Assembly: GCA_951406725.2 (NCBI GenBank)
Contig: OX597815.1
Span: 114,452,001 to 114,516,000 of the forward strand
Reading direction: 5' to 3'
DNA length: 64,000 nucleotides
Origin: Octopus vulgaris
Lineage: Eukaryota
A model generated the notes under the pieces. It saw only the letters and a list, made by a program, of their open reading frames with translations, made no database searches and had not been told where the DNA came from. Each line of letters begins with the position of its first letter. The first letter of the stretch is position 1. This document shows, one piece after another, positions 25,399 through 39,644 of the stretch. The position numbers and the translations under genes were made by a program.

Positions 25399-26057
25399 TG
25401 TATGTATGTATGTATATGTATATACACGCACACACACATACACACATTCATACATGTATATTATATACATGTTTCTGTGTGCATATATATGTATATGCAC
25501 GTGCGTGTTTTATATATATATGCGCATGCGTATGTTATGTATGTGCGTGTGAACATATCGAGTGACACAAGAAAGATTTCAATTTATATTGACCTTATTA
25601 TTCAAATGTCAAATCGCCAATATAATCGTTTGTGAATGTACGTGTTCATATGGCTGGATGTGTAGCGCAGAGGGCGCGTTATGTATGGTGGGTACGTCTA
25701 CATATGAATATATAGTCCTACATATATACATTTTAATGCTGGTTTATATTTATGAGGTGTGTATGCATACGTCTATGGCTATATGTGGGTGTGTGGCAAC
25801 AGAAGCAGAGATTTATGTGAAGTTTCACCCAATAATGTAAATACATTTATACCACAGAGACGGTGAGAGGGGAGAGAAATGAGAAATGGAGCTCGTGTGT
25901 GTATCTGTGTATGTGTCGGTATTCAAATGCATGAATATATGGTGTAATATGTATATGAGGTTTCTACTGATAGTAATGCAAAAGTGAGCATAACATTTTA
26001 TTAACTGATGTAGGTCGTCAGATTGCACATGGTGGGAGAGTAACACTTCCTGAATAT

Positions 26058-26593
26058 CAGTGGCTCTCACCCGGGGTCTATATGGCCCCCGAGGGTTCAT
26101 AAAGATTTTGGGAGATCCACACAACAAAATAATAAATTCTACAATAGATCTACAATAGTATTTTAAGGGCCCTTGAAAATTTTTTGCTTCAGATGTATGT
26201 ATTGGTATTTTTTATTACAAGACACAGCAAGGTTTCTCTCTCTAGTATTTTACATAGTTCATCTTACTCAAATTAATGTGTGAAAAGCAAAATAGGAATT
26301 TTGAAAGAAGTTTATATAAAACTCGTTTGTTAAGATAGAATGGCTATGGGGTCCACCTGAATAATATAGTATTTCAAAGAGGTTCAGAGGTAAAAAAAAA
26401 AAGTGGTTGAGAACCCCTACCTTAAATATATATATTGCAAGAAACAGCTGGGTTTCTTTCTCTAATATTTTGCATTGTTCATCCTCTACAAGTGAATGTG
26501 TGAAAAATATAATAGGAATTTTGAAAGATTTTAGACAAGAATAAAATAGTATTTCAAAGGGGTCCTTAGATAAAACATGGATGAGAACCCTTG
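26058..26593. mobile_element. hAT-like MITE, partially duplicated
   Basis: TIR-like cagtggctctcac...gttgagaacccct (26418) and again atgagaacccttg (26593); ggggtcc subterminal motifs. Confidence 0.55.
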
Positions 26594-26599
26594 CTCTAT

Positions 26600-27960
26600 A
26601 CGCAGTACTACTCAACATTGTCTCCATCAAGAGAAATGTATTTGTGACATCTTCTTAACCGAACTCTCGAAACTTCATAGATACTTTCACTTGTCTGCAG
26701 CATCAAATCTTTGTCCCCGAAGACTGCCCTTCATTGAACTGAACAGGTGGATGTTAGAGGGCGCTGGATCCGGAATGTAATATGTATAGGGAACTACTAA
26801 CCAGCCTAGTTTATCACTTGCCTCATTTGTTGCCAAAGATGAGTATGGTCAGGCATTGTTATTGTGAATGTGAATCGTTTTCACATTTTTGTTCGGACCC
26901 TTCCTCTTCACGGTTTCTCTAATCTGTTTGAGCGTCTCAATGTACCGTTCGCTTTTTACGTACAGCTACGTTCCAGAAAATCAAAGAGAATGACGCTGTT
27001 GTCATCTAAAAAAAATAGCCATCATAACTGATTGCTAACTTTTGAACTTCTTAGACCTTGAAGAAGAGGTGAAACGCCATGCCGTGTACTGAGCCTTCAT
27101 TTCCACATCATCCAAGATGCATCCACATTTCATTCCAAGGCACTAGATATGTATAAAAAAAACTGCGTTCATTGGCCTCAGACGCTTCGATCAGGTCCAA
27201 GCAGGTTTAAACTTTTCTCTCCTTCAAATCAAGTGTTAACAATCAAACTTCGTACACACTTTCTTATAGTTAAGGTCGTCCACCTTCTTTTGTGATGTAT
27301 TGTGACCATAATCCAGTTGTGAAGCTAGCTTATGGATTGTTATACTTGTGAAATACGTATATGTGCATGACTGTATGAGTATATGTAGGTGCGTGACAAC
27401 AGAAGCAGAGATTTATGGGAAGTTTCACCCAATAATGTAAATACATTTACACCACACACACACACACATACACACACACAAAGACAGAGAGGAGAGAGAG
27501 GGGATGATTGGAGAGTATGTATGTGTGTGTGCGTGCGTGCACTTGTGTCGGTATAAAAATGTATGAATATGTCATAACATGTATATGAGTGTTCTACCGA
27601 AAATAATGCATAAGTGAGCATAACTTGTTCGTGTGTATCAATTCGTCCACTCGTTCGCAATTCGTGTCAGTGCTCACCGATGATGGCCTCCCATTGCGCA
27701 GTTTGTCTTCAAAGCTGGTTTCCCAGTCTTTAAATTTCTTCATACTTCCGTGTACATTGCTCTTGTCATTCGTGTCATCTTCGTAAACAACCTGTTGCTT
27801 TCTGTTGTTGTCAGACAGCTTATATCACTCTTTCATCGAGAAATCAATGACACCAATTTGTTTCTGCTTCGAGCCCTGTCATTCGCCTTTAATGAAGTGT
27901 TACTATATACAAAGAGTTATTCTACCAACATGTGTAATTCCAATGAAACACGAGAGTTAA
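26600..27960 (-). pseudogene. Decayed mariner transposon, interrupted at about 27340-27625
   Basis: Minus-strand translation DPAPSNIHLFSSMKGSLRGQRF (mariner DLAPSDYHLF...L.G.RF-like); N-terminal ...FEDKLRNGRP helix-turn-helix remnant. Confidence 0.65.
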
Positions 27961-28686
27961 TAAGAAAAAGTTATGCCCATTTCTGCATTGCTTTCGGTAC
28001 GACCGTCGTACATTCGTTCATGTTCGTGTGTATCTGTGTCTGTGAGTATATGCAGACACACGGACGCATAATATTATATGATATAGGCGATTAGGCAATG
28101 TACATAAATTTGCCAATGCATGTATGCATGAGTGCTCGCACGTGCATATAGAGATACACATACACACACACACACACACACTCACACGCGCACACACAAG
28201 GAAACGCGCGCGTGTGTATACAAATGTTTATAAGAGTTTCTGGGTGGAAGTGTTCTTTTGCCTGCTGTATTTTGAAAACCATGTGTTTATAACTATACTG
28301 TAACTCAGTGTATATGATATGATATATACATACATGTATGTACATACACACACACACCCATACACGCATATACGCATGTGTATACATACAAACATACATA
28401 CGTACATACATTCGTATATACTTACATACATGTGTTTTGTACTGCCTCTTTTATTCCCACTTTCTTTCATGTGTTTATAAAAAATATGTAAATGTATCTG
28501 TATTTTGTCTTCATCCTTAACTTGTTTTTCTTACGCAAACGCTATGACTTTGAAATATATGAATTCTTAATACCACCGCCCACAAATAATAAACAAAACA
28601 CACCAAATATATATAATATTCATTGGAATTTTCTTCAAACTGTCCCACTTATTTCATTTCAGATTCCCTATTGCACTGCCAACATG

Positions 28687-28766
<80 letters not shown>
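28687..28766. repeat. (ATT)n microsatellite
   Basis: Direct read. Confidence 0.95.
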
Positions 28767-28767
<1 letters not shown>

Positions 28768-29339
28768 TCTTGCCTGCAAATGTGAGATCAAGAGAAAATG
28801 ATAAATAGAAAGACAAACAGGAAGAAGTATTAGTGGACGATTTTTTTTTCTCACCCGTGTCATAGTACAGTTTTATTTTTAACATCTTAAAGACATTGTT
28901 GTTGGTGTAAGACTTTTCAACACTTCAACATTTGAGTATTCACAGACCGTTCCGGCACACAATCCTTTACAACTAACTACAGTTCTGCTTCTTCAGAATT
29001 TTTTTTTTCTCACTTACATTTTAACTGTAGTGCTTTTTATTATGTCTTTTTTTTTCTTGCGATTGTCGACATAAACTAAATTCCGGGTCTTTTATTATAA
29101 ACACTTTAAGTCAAAGCTCTTGCATCTCAAACGATTCTCATCTTAAACTCGAGAGCAATCTTTACATGTAATATATACATATATTAATGCATACATACAC
29201 AAGTGAAGGCTTGAATTTCAATTGGATGTCCTTTGGTAGAGATAGGATCTTAAGTGACTTGAAGAAAAGTTACCAACCCAGACTTCTTTCTTATTTCATC
29301 TTCTTTTCTGTAAACTTTCACCTGTTACACATGTGAGTG

Positions 29340-30560
29340 TGCCACAGATTTACAGGTTTACTACGTATTAACTAAGTCTGTGACCCCAGTTGAAATGTTT
29401 CGCTGATGTCATTCTCATGAACTTCGACGTTACAGTGTCCAGAGACCCAATTCTTGTAAATCTGATTGTAGAACCGAAACAAATGCACGTATCAAACTTC
29501 AGTAATTTGTGACTATTTACCAGCTCAACCGAGCAAAGACAAAGTAGCGATCTAACACCTGAAGATGGGCCTAACCCAAAACTCATCAGAGATAGCCACG
29601 AAATGCTGATACTTGTCACTCTCGAAAGGTTAAGCTTGGTCTAAATTGATCAGTGTCCTGTCAAAGTGAGGTCTTCCTCTTTGTTTGTACAATGTATTGC
29701 GAGAGGTATGGGTTGACGTCAATGAACATTTACAGTTTGGATAGACCTCATTGCACTAAGACAATAGCCAATCTCACAAGCCATCAACGTTTTTCCTGTA
29801 CCTTAGTCGATATCATTAACTCTATTTAGCAGTACTTTGGGCCTAAAACAGTTATCTTCTTTTGTATCTTCTCTCAGAAATACATCTCTCACAGTTCGAC
29901 TAAGAAATTAACAAGTCTGATATTTACAAATAGAATTGGTAAGGATTGACATTTAATTTTGGCCCCTTGACTGCTGTAAAAAACTTCCCATGCGATAGAT
30001 GCAGTAACATGGCCCATACCTTACTTCTTTTCGACTGTTGCGAGTCAAGACAGTTAAAATAAGCAGGAAGGTCCACTTTTGCCGTTCTATATCTTTCTTT
30101 CCCTCGAAACATTCTGCAAAGTACTGGCAAAATATGCTAAACATCTGTTCAGGACCAGTCATCTGTTCGGGTATCGTTCCTGCTTTAGAAGAAGCTATTT
30201 AATAGATTTGCTTCCACATCGTGCCTCTTGAAAACAAGCGCAGTCGACAAATTTTGTATTCTCATTTCTGGATGTATATTCCTAATTCTGATGTAACAGC
30301 CTTCGCGATTGGAGGCACTTCGGGAAAATCAACCAACAATCCGGTCCACGTAGATCGCCTGCAACTAAACTGCCAGGCCTTTTGTAAATACTACCACCCC
30401 TCTCAAACCTTACTAAACGAAGCGAAAATTTTCTCAGTAGTTTTGTTGACCTACTGATTATAATAAAACTCCTATTCAGTAAGTCGAATCGTTTTGCAGT
30501 GACTACTCTTACAAAACGAGACCTGATCACCTACATTCATACAGCTGATTGACAAATTTG
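29340..30560 (-). pseudogene. Heavily decayed second L1/Tx1 ORF2
   Basis: Collinear peptide remnants versus the intact ORF2: GPDCW~GPGYW, GPEQMFSIFCQYFAECFEG~GQEEIQKVFQQHFARLFGEG, FRP..LLN, LINLDQA~LVHLDQS, GLGP. Confidence 0.7.
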
Positions 30561-30939
30561 CAATAATTTTAAGAAACAGATTTGCAAAATCCTTTCCTAG
30601 ATCTAAAATTATTCAGGCCACAAAAGGTCCTAAATGAAGATTCTGCATAGAATTCAGTTATGAAGAGTTCTATCAATTTTGTATAAATTGCTGGCATTGT
30701 TGGCACCAGCATCCTTTCTTTCTTGATTCTGTTGAAAATGCTCTTGATTCCTGCGCCTACTTCTTTATTCTTTGCAACAGAATCCAGTCCTTTTTTTAGT
30801 TTTACATTGTTCTTTCTGACAATAGTGTATGGAAAATAGACTTCTGTAACTGTTGTTCTTCCTTCTCAGAGTCTTCTACTCTGTATGTCTTGGAAACAGG
30901 AGGGCTCAATTAAGGGATTTATGTTTTTTTATCTGTTAC

Positions 30940-31171
30940 CTTTTACTTGATTCAGTCATTAGACTGCGGCCATGCTGGTGCACCGCCTTGAAGAATTTTT
31001 AACAGGATGAATCGACCCCAGTATTTATTTTTTGTCAAGCTTGGTACTTATTCTATCTGTCTCTTTTGCCGGACCGCTAGGCTACGGTGACGTAAACACA
31101 ACACCAGTTGTCAAGCGATAATGGGGATAAACACACACACACGTACACACACATACGCACAAACATGCACG

Positions 31172-31235
<64 letters not shown>

Positions 31236-31393
31236 CGACTGGATTCTTCCCGTTTCCGTCTGCCAAATCCACTCACAAAGCATTGGTCGGTCCGAAGCTA
31301 TAGCAGAAGACACTTGTCATAGCTAAGATGCAGTGAAACTGAACCTGGAACCATATGGTTAGAAAGCTAGCTTCTTACCCCACAGTCACGCCT
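30940..31393 (-). mobile_element. SINE family A
   Basis: Reverse-complement match to 2215-2665. Confidence 0.8.
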
Positions 31394-32065
31394 GTTCACT
31401 TTTTCTTTTCACAGGCTTCCAGTTCAGATACTCGCCCTTCACTAATCACTTATTTTATTCATTTTATTGATGCTGAAGGAATGAAATACAAAGGCAACTT
31501 CAGCGGAATTTGAACTCGGATCATAAAATGATGTAACTAAATACCTCATGGTATTTTGTCCGGGGCCATATTTATTCTGCTATGCACCATTACCTTCATT
31601 AATTTTACTCTAGCACAAAACTAATTTTGGTCGGTGAGGTAAAATGGTAACATATACGTTTAATGAGCCCTGATATTTGCAACATATCGCCCACTCATAA
31701 ACAAAATACAACGCAAAACTCAAATTCACTTGAAATGCTTATCTTTTGTAGAAACTTCACATATATAATCTTGCCGAATCAGCACCACGAAGACTAGATT
31801 TCTTTTCCAGGGGAAAAAATGATTTCTTCTCTGATTTTAGCGATCATAAGATTGTGTGGCCACACTACAGGCACGAAATAGCTGTCAAATCCCACTTACT
31901 ATCTTAAAAGAGGGAAGTTATATTGAATAATGTAGTCTTAGGTAGGGGATAAACACATTTGATCATAGGTTTGCTCGATCAAGACTGAACTGAGGCTGAA
32001 TAATGTGTGTGTGGTGGGGGTACTATGAATGTATGTATGTATGTATGCATGCATGTATGTATATA

Positions 32066-32475
32066 TAGGCGCAGGAGTGACTGTGTGGTAAGTAGCTTGC
32101 TTACCAACCACATGGTTCCGGGTTCAGTCCCACTGCGTGGCATCTTGGGCAAGTGTCTTCTGCTATAGACCCGGGCCGACCAATGCCTTGTGAGTGGATT
32201 TGGTAGACAGAAACTGAAAGAAGCATGTCGTATATATGTATATATATATATGTATGTGTGTGTATATGTTTGTGTGTCTGTGTTTGTCCCCCTAGCATTG
32301 CTTGACAACCGATGCTAGTGTGTTTATGTCCCCGTCACTTAACGGTTCGGTAAAAGATACCGATAGAATAAGTACTGGGCTTACAAAGATTAAGTCCCGA
32401 TTTGCTCGACTAAAGGCGGTGCTCCAGCATGGCCGCAGTCAAATGACTGAAACAAGTAAAAGAGTAAAAGAGTAG
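32066..32475 (+). mobile_element. SINE family A, full length with (AGAGTAAA)n-like tail
   Basis: aggcgcaggagtgactgtgtggtaag...ggttcagtccc...gcggtgctccagcatggcc...aaacaagtaaaagagtaaaagag. Confidence 0.85.
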
Positions 32476-32493
32476 ATATATATATATCAATGA

Positions 32494-33116
32494 ATGTAAG
32501 GAATGGAAAAGGTAAACGAAGACAAATGTTTCATAGTTAAATTTTATGAGTTACATAACTCGTAACGCATACAAAAATCGTTTCTCTAATCCTCAAGCTG
32601 TTTATGTCGTTGCATGGAGAAGAGTGAATGATTTGCTAATTAAGCCACAGTAAAACGGTAGGCTGAAAAAGCTAAGCGAAATTATCAATGAGGATAATTA
32701 TCAGCAGGCAAGCAACCCTAACAGGAAAAAAAGGGTGGAGTGTTTACAGATGGCAATTAACCGAGAGTGAAGCAACCTAGGGGTAGGATGAAGGGGAGGT
32801 GGGAAGGACAAAAGAGGACAAGGACGAGAGGAGTTTCAAGGCGACGCAATACAATCTTAACGCAGTAAAAACTACGCGATTAGGCGTGACAACTAAGGTA
32901 AGCAATTTTCAGTAATATTCAGAACAAAGACAACGGATGAAATTATTGTGAAGATAAAAAAAATAACTCTTCTCCCTGAGACGACGTGAACAACTCGAAG
33001 GTAATTGAACTTGAGGATTAGCTAAATGGCTTCTGAACGAATTACGAGTTATGCAACACATGAAGTTTAGCTATGGAACATATGTAGTCTTTATTTATCT
33101 TTTCCACTCCTTACAT
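32494..33116. repeat. Fold-back element with ~130-bp diverged inverted arms
   Basis: atgtaaggaatggaaaag...cataactcgtaa...aatcctcaag...ggagaagagt pairs with actcttctcc...cttgaggatt...ttacgagttatg...cttttccactccttacat. Confidence 0.75.
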
Positions 33117-33403
33117 TTTTTAAATTTTTATTCGTATGTTTAGCAATTTTCATTGTTAAACCGTGAGTTGTATGGTGACTGTGAACTGATTGAAACTTCC
33201 ATCGATTTTGATATGGAAGGAAGTATATAATATACGCCAGTTATTAAACTTTCTTTATCGTATATTTCTGCAACGTCACACGTGCTTTTCCTTTTCCTTC
33301 CTCCTGACGAAAAGCCTGCACTTTTTTTTCCATCTTAAACTTTCTCTGAGTGTCAATCAAATATAAAAAATATATGTTGGTGGCAGAGGCAATATTAATA
33401 CCG

Positions 33404-33683
33404 AGAGGTAATATTTATTCCCACTTAAACGTGGGTGTTCCGCTTGAACAATCTTTACTTCGGTATTTATCATGAAGGGAACTCTCATATATACTTTTGG
33501 TGTAGAATACACGCTTGTTTGTTTATATCGCGAGCGGGGGAAAACAAGCATGCATTCTAGACCAAAAACCTATGAGAGTTACTCTCGTGGTAAATAGTAA
33601 AGTTTTTTCTAAATAAAGTTTGTTCTAAGTAAAGTTTGTTCTAACAGAACATCCACGTTTAAGTAGGAATAAATATTACCTCT
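33404..33683. mobile_element. MITE with 37-bp terminal inverted repeats
   Basis: agaggtaatatttattcccacttaaacgtgggtgttc (33404-33440) versus gaacatccacgtttaagtaggaataaatattacctct (33647-33683), 2 mismatches. Confidence 0.75.
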
Positions 33684-34832
33684 TAATTTAATAAATTCAT
33701 TGTACACATCTTTCTGCAACCTACATTATAGTGTTGCTCATGTACGTGGGGATAATTTTACTGCAATACACAGAACTACAAAAACATTTTCGATCGCATA
33801 TAAAAAGCTATTCAGCTGTTTGGCAAAATCTCACCATCATATATCAATTGCAGGCACTACAAAGATTCCTGTTCATTTTAACTTGGGAGCTTTATCTGAA
33901 CTCTTCACACGAGCCTAACTGATCCTTTCACCTCACTACTTGTCATAATCCAACTGCGTTTTACCTGTATCCCCATAAGCCAACGAGGAAACCTCTTTCC
34001 AATCACACTACTAGGAGCCAAATATTCCTCAAATTACATCTCCAACACTTTAAAAAAAAAGGGCACATACGACAATGTTTTCCTAAATATATGAAAAGCC
34101 AGGATCGAATTAGTTGGAACCCCTTCGATCATTGATCTGCTTGATCAAAGAAACATGTGGCTAATGAAAACCTCACTCCAATCAGTCCTTTATTTTAGTG
34201 CATTGAGCATTTTGCACAACCAGTCCTCTCTATGTTATTCTTTAGCCCCAACTAGGTCAACTCTGATTAGACAAAATTTCGGCCAAAGAAGTACTTGTAT
34301 TTTTTCAAGCATAGTTTACCTAGGATTACTATGTCCTTTATTTTTAAGACAATAAGCTATTATTTTATAGAGATTTGGTTGTTACTTCCAACAGGTAAAC
34401 GACGACATAGAAGGTTTGCTTCTTGCAGTTCAAGCAGCCTCTTTAGCTCAAAACGTTCGCATTGACTAAAGACCCCATAGGTTGACGAGAGGCTCCATAC
34501 GTAGATGGAGGCACCAAACGTTCGCTAATTTCCCAATAATTTGAATGAAAACCACATACATTAGACAAAGGCTCCACACGAGTTTAGAGACTCCTTATCT
34601 TTCTACGGGCGCTGACATGTTGAGGTTGAAACCGAATATTAGCTGCATCAATCTGTCTTGTCTGGAGAAACAACTACATATAGCACGAATGTTACCATTC
34701 CTTTGCCTTCTTACACCCGACTCCTTCACCACCTCATATTCCTAATATGACTCTTGTTCTTAATCTACAACAGTAGTTTTCAAACGATGCCGCTATTAAA
34801 GTTTTTCGTTTTTCGGTGAACTGCAATTTTTA

Positions 34833-34924
<92 letters not shown>

Positions 34925-35609
34925 TGTATGTATGTATGTATGTATGTATGTATGTATGTATGTATGTATGTATGTATGTGTGTGTGTGTATTATGTATGT
35001 ATGTATGTGTGTATGTATGTATGTATGTATGTATGTATGTATGTATGTATGTATGTATGTATGTATGTATGTATGTATGTATGTATTGTATAGATGCAAT
35101 TTAAAGTTTCAGATAATTCATGCTAATACTTGAGCAGCTTGAAAAACATCTTAGTTAAAATTTTTGCTATATACATTTATGTATTCATAATTATTTTATA
35201 TACATGTATATATTCATAATTTTGTTATACACATATCTGGTTATATTATATTTATGATTATTAAAGCAAGTTAATATGGTTCTTTATTTTTTCTAAATTT
35301 TAAACACTGATACATATTTTCTTCAACCTTTCCACGCCAAGTGCGCCAATATTGTTTATCTTCCTACGTGAAACGTTCCATAATTCTTAAATTTTCTCAC
35401 AAAATGTGTCAAAATCATTTAATTTGATCTCCTGTGCGCCACGAAGCCAAAAGGATTGAGAATTGCTGATTTACAGTATTTACTATATCTATTCAGTAAA
35501 CTGATACGAGAAGTGGTCACTGACTTTAAAATTGAGCTGCATCCTAATACTGAATTAACTTCCGCCAGCTGTAACTGATATTCTCGTATCTTACACACAC
35601 AAACACACA

Positions 35610-35714
<105 letters not shown>

Positions 35715-36761
35715 GCACACGCACATACACTCACACGCACACTGAAAAACACCTTCCCTCGCTCAAACACACGTTCACTACAAATTAGTAGAGACATATA
35801 CACTCGCAAAGGCATCTATGCGCAAACACATGCCAGCACAAACACATATAGACACAAGCATACGCAGAAATATAAATCTACACTTTACATATACATACAC
35901 ATTCACACATGCAACTTTTAAGCAAATCTTGAACAGCATCAGATATCTTTTCCTATACAATAAAACTCGTATTTTGCGACCGCAACCGCCATCTTGTTTG
36001 ATGCAGAAACAGCAGAAGCAGCAGAAGCAGCAGCAATAATAACACCAATAAATAATAGAACAACGCACAACAACAATAATACTAGCAAGTAGTCTTCATA
36101 ATACAGAAGAGCACATCACACCTCCCGCATTTTGTTTTGTAATTTAGCCTTGCGCTGGATACTTCAGATTTAATGACGTTAACATTAGTTTGTAATCAGC
36201 TTTAGCACTCGAGATAATGAGCTCTCCACATTCCATTGTCTGTTTTCAAATCTACGAAATTATTTATCACAAATATCTACTGTAGATATTACAATGCATC
36301 GCAAATCATAGCAATTACTATCCCGATGTTTATCGTGAGATATATCAACCCCGATATCGATCAACAATGTTCACCACCAGTACAAATGTAATTGCATTAC
36401 AGCGTCTTTGTATATCGAGTATTTAGTTCGATTTAATAGTAACCTTTCAGATTTGTATTTAAAGTTGTTGTTGTTGTTGTTACGATGGTTGTTGTTGTTG
36501 TTGTTGTTGTTGTTTTTAACGTTGTTGTTGCTAGTGTGTTGTTGTTCTTGAACTATCTTCTAATTCAACATTTACAATTGGAAGGTGGGGATGTCGTGTT
36601 TTCAATTGATAATAATTGCCAATTACATTACATCATCTCGGTGGTGTTTGACATCGACACGTTTTAAATATCAATACCAGAACTTCGCTTCATAATCTCT
36701 TTCATCCCTCCTCTGTTTCCCTCTCCTCTTTCCTTCTTCCTTCGTTTTCTCTCTTTCCCCT

Positions 36762-36792
<31 letters not shown>

Positions 36793-36962
36793 TCCCTTTT
36801 TTGAAGCAAACTCACGATCTTTTTCACCCGCAACATATACATTCTAACACTACTTTTAAAAATATATATCTATCAGTATATCTCTCTCCCCGCTCTTTCT
36901 TTCTCTTTCTTTCTCTCTCTCTCTCTCTCTCTCTTTGTTGCTTTCCTTCTTTATCGCTCTCC

Positions 36963-37019
<57 letters not shown>

Positions 37020-37510
37020 TCTGCTTCATTAAGAACACGACTGTGTTGTAGTTTTATCTTATTTAATTTATAGATGTGTTTTCTTTCTTACTCTTTACAT
37101 TTTCTTTTGAACATTAGCATTCCTAGATTCGTTGACCTTTCTAGTTCTTCATAGGCATGGTGTTGTATTAAACGTATCATTATCGCCGTTACTTCAAACC
37201 CGCTGATAATAACATCATTAACACAACATCAATCGCATGATTTCTGCCTGTTATTAAACAGCAGTAACAAATATCAACACCAACTTTAAATTTAATAACT
37301 CCATCCAAAAGATGAGACCATAAAGTCCTTAGAAATGTTCAAAATAAACGGTAAAAACTAATCAAAAATTTCGAAAACTCCTTAAATGAAATAAAACACT
37401 TGTTTTAAAAATAATGATTAAACGTAAAGTTCTTCCTTGTCGTGTGTACTGTATATATGTGTATGAGTCTGTGTGTATATGCGTTATATATGACGTGGGT
37501 GTGTGTAATA

Positions 37511-37699
37511 CCTGATCTCTCGTTTTAAAAGTTCTAAGAGTCCATCCGCTCAGCCGCCTGCGTTTCACTGCCAACGTAGCAACATGCACATGGAAGGCTG
37601 CCTCTTTGACATTTCGAGCCTACGCTCCTATATATATATATATGAAACGCAGGCGGCTGAGCGGATGGACACTTAGAACTTTTAAAACGAGAGATCAGG
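37511..37699. repeat. 57-bp near-perfect inverted repeat with 75-bp spacer
   Basis: 37511-37567 versus 37643-37699, one mismatch. Confidence 0.9.
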
Positions 37700-37719
37700 A
37701 AACTATGATGGCCCTCTAG

Positions 37720-38349
37720 AGGACATTTGTCCTAAGCCGCTATGACTATTGCTCCCGGCTATGGTCACCAACCAGTGTAAAATTAATTGCAGAACTTCAG
37801 ACAATCCAACGAAGCAACACGAAAAAGATAGCCTCTATGCAGCATATAAGCTACTGGGAAAGACCCAAGAGACTGAGACTCTATTCCCTGAAGCGTAGGC
37901 GGTAAATATATGCACTAATATATATCTGGAAGATTCTGGAGGGACTTGTCCCAAACTTTGACATTGAGAGTTACACTTACGCTAGAACAGGTCGTCACTG
38001 CATAGTGCCAAATACTCCAAATTTGCCATCAAGATTTAGGACAAGACACTGCAACAGCCTGAGCTTTAGGGGACCACTGCTCTTGAATATCCTCTCGAAG
38101 GACCTGAGAAACCTGCATAGGGTGGATGTAGGTGTTTCAAAACGAAACTCGACCTCTTACTGTCAAGTGTCCCAGATAAACCAACTTCACAGCAGGAAGT
38201 GCAGATGAGGGCAGCAGCATCAAACTCCCTCATACACCAAATGTCAATTTATAAAAAGAATTCGTGAAGTAATATTATGTAGCAACACCAAATGGCGGTG
38301 CTCCGGCATGGCCACACCTCATGAACTGTAACTAGATCAAATCAAATCA
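37720..38349 (+). pseudogene. 3' end of a CR1/L2-type LINE
   Basis: Translates to AELQTIQR...ISYWER..RLRLYSLKRRR..YALIYIWKILEGLVPN; ends in an (ATCAA)n tail. Confidence 0.8.
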
Positions 38350-38408
<59 letters not shown>

Positions 38409-38600
38409 GCGTGCGTCTGTGTGTGTGTGCCTGACTGTCTGCCAAGCAAACGGGAAGCAGTAGTTGAAGTACATGGAGAATATGCTCCGGAATAATCATT
38501 TAAAGATGTTTTTGTTAAATGTTATTGTTTTTGTTGAATAAAATTTGTTCAAAAAAGCCGCAATTATTATGCACCAACCCAATATATATAGATCCTCCTA

Positions 38601-39319
38601 TCTACTACATATTACTAATATTTTATTTAAACAACCTAAGGGAAATAACCCATACCACCCGCAGGATTTATCGAAGCGATCAATATTTGATTCTCACGAT
38701 TAGCCGACCTAATTCTGCATTCCACTACTCACAGTTTTGAATTGCTAAACATTATTATTGCACTTCCTTCTTTTGAATCTTAAACCTTAAAGACTTCATT
38801 CATACATTTCTATACATACATACTTTTTTGAATGCCCATTACTCCAATAATTCTGCATTTTTACAGCTACACTTTTTCCACGACAGTCGATAATTCTTTT
38901 TCTACAACGTATTTGTAGTAGTTTCATGCAGGCGTACCGTGGATTCGGTTCTCGATTGCCAAATTTCACTTGACACTTCAACAGCGCTTTTCCGCGTTAA
39001 AACAATACTTTTTTGTGAATGAGAGCATTTGTGCATTTCCCAGATGCCTTCGCTAAGCAGAATAATGTCTTTGCCTTTCGGCAACCTCCGACAACCTCTC
39101 TCACCAACCTCCGACAATCTTTCTTGCCAACCTCCAAAAACCTCACTCGCCAATCTCCAACAATCTCTCCCTCTTCCAGCTGACAGTTTTTTGTACTTTT
39201 TCGTGACATAAAATACACCTTCTGTGGCAGTTATAACGAAATTGCGTTCTTATATCAGGGTAATAAGGCAATTCAGTATAACATTTTTATCCCCGAGAAT
39301 TACCGGGTACACCAGCTAG
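38601..39319 (+). mobile_element. Non-autonomous Helitron
   Basis: TC start (atctact...), 3' hairpin cccgagaattaccggg then CTAG followed by T. Confidence 0.6.
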
Positions 39320-39386
39320 TATTTATATATATACAGTTTACGTATATATGCATATATATTCATGTATATGTGTATGCATATACATA

Positions 39387-39428
<42 letters not shown>

Positions 39429-39498
39429 ATTATGTATATGTATATATTTATTTATATATATTTATGTATATGTATATATATAAGGTATGTATATATAA

Positions 39499-39544
<46 letters not shown>

Positions 39545-39613
39545 GTATGTATATATATGTGTGTGTGTGTGTGTGTATGTATATATGTATGTATATATGT
39601 ATTTATATATATT

Positions 39614-39644
<31 letters not shown>

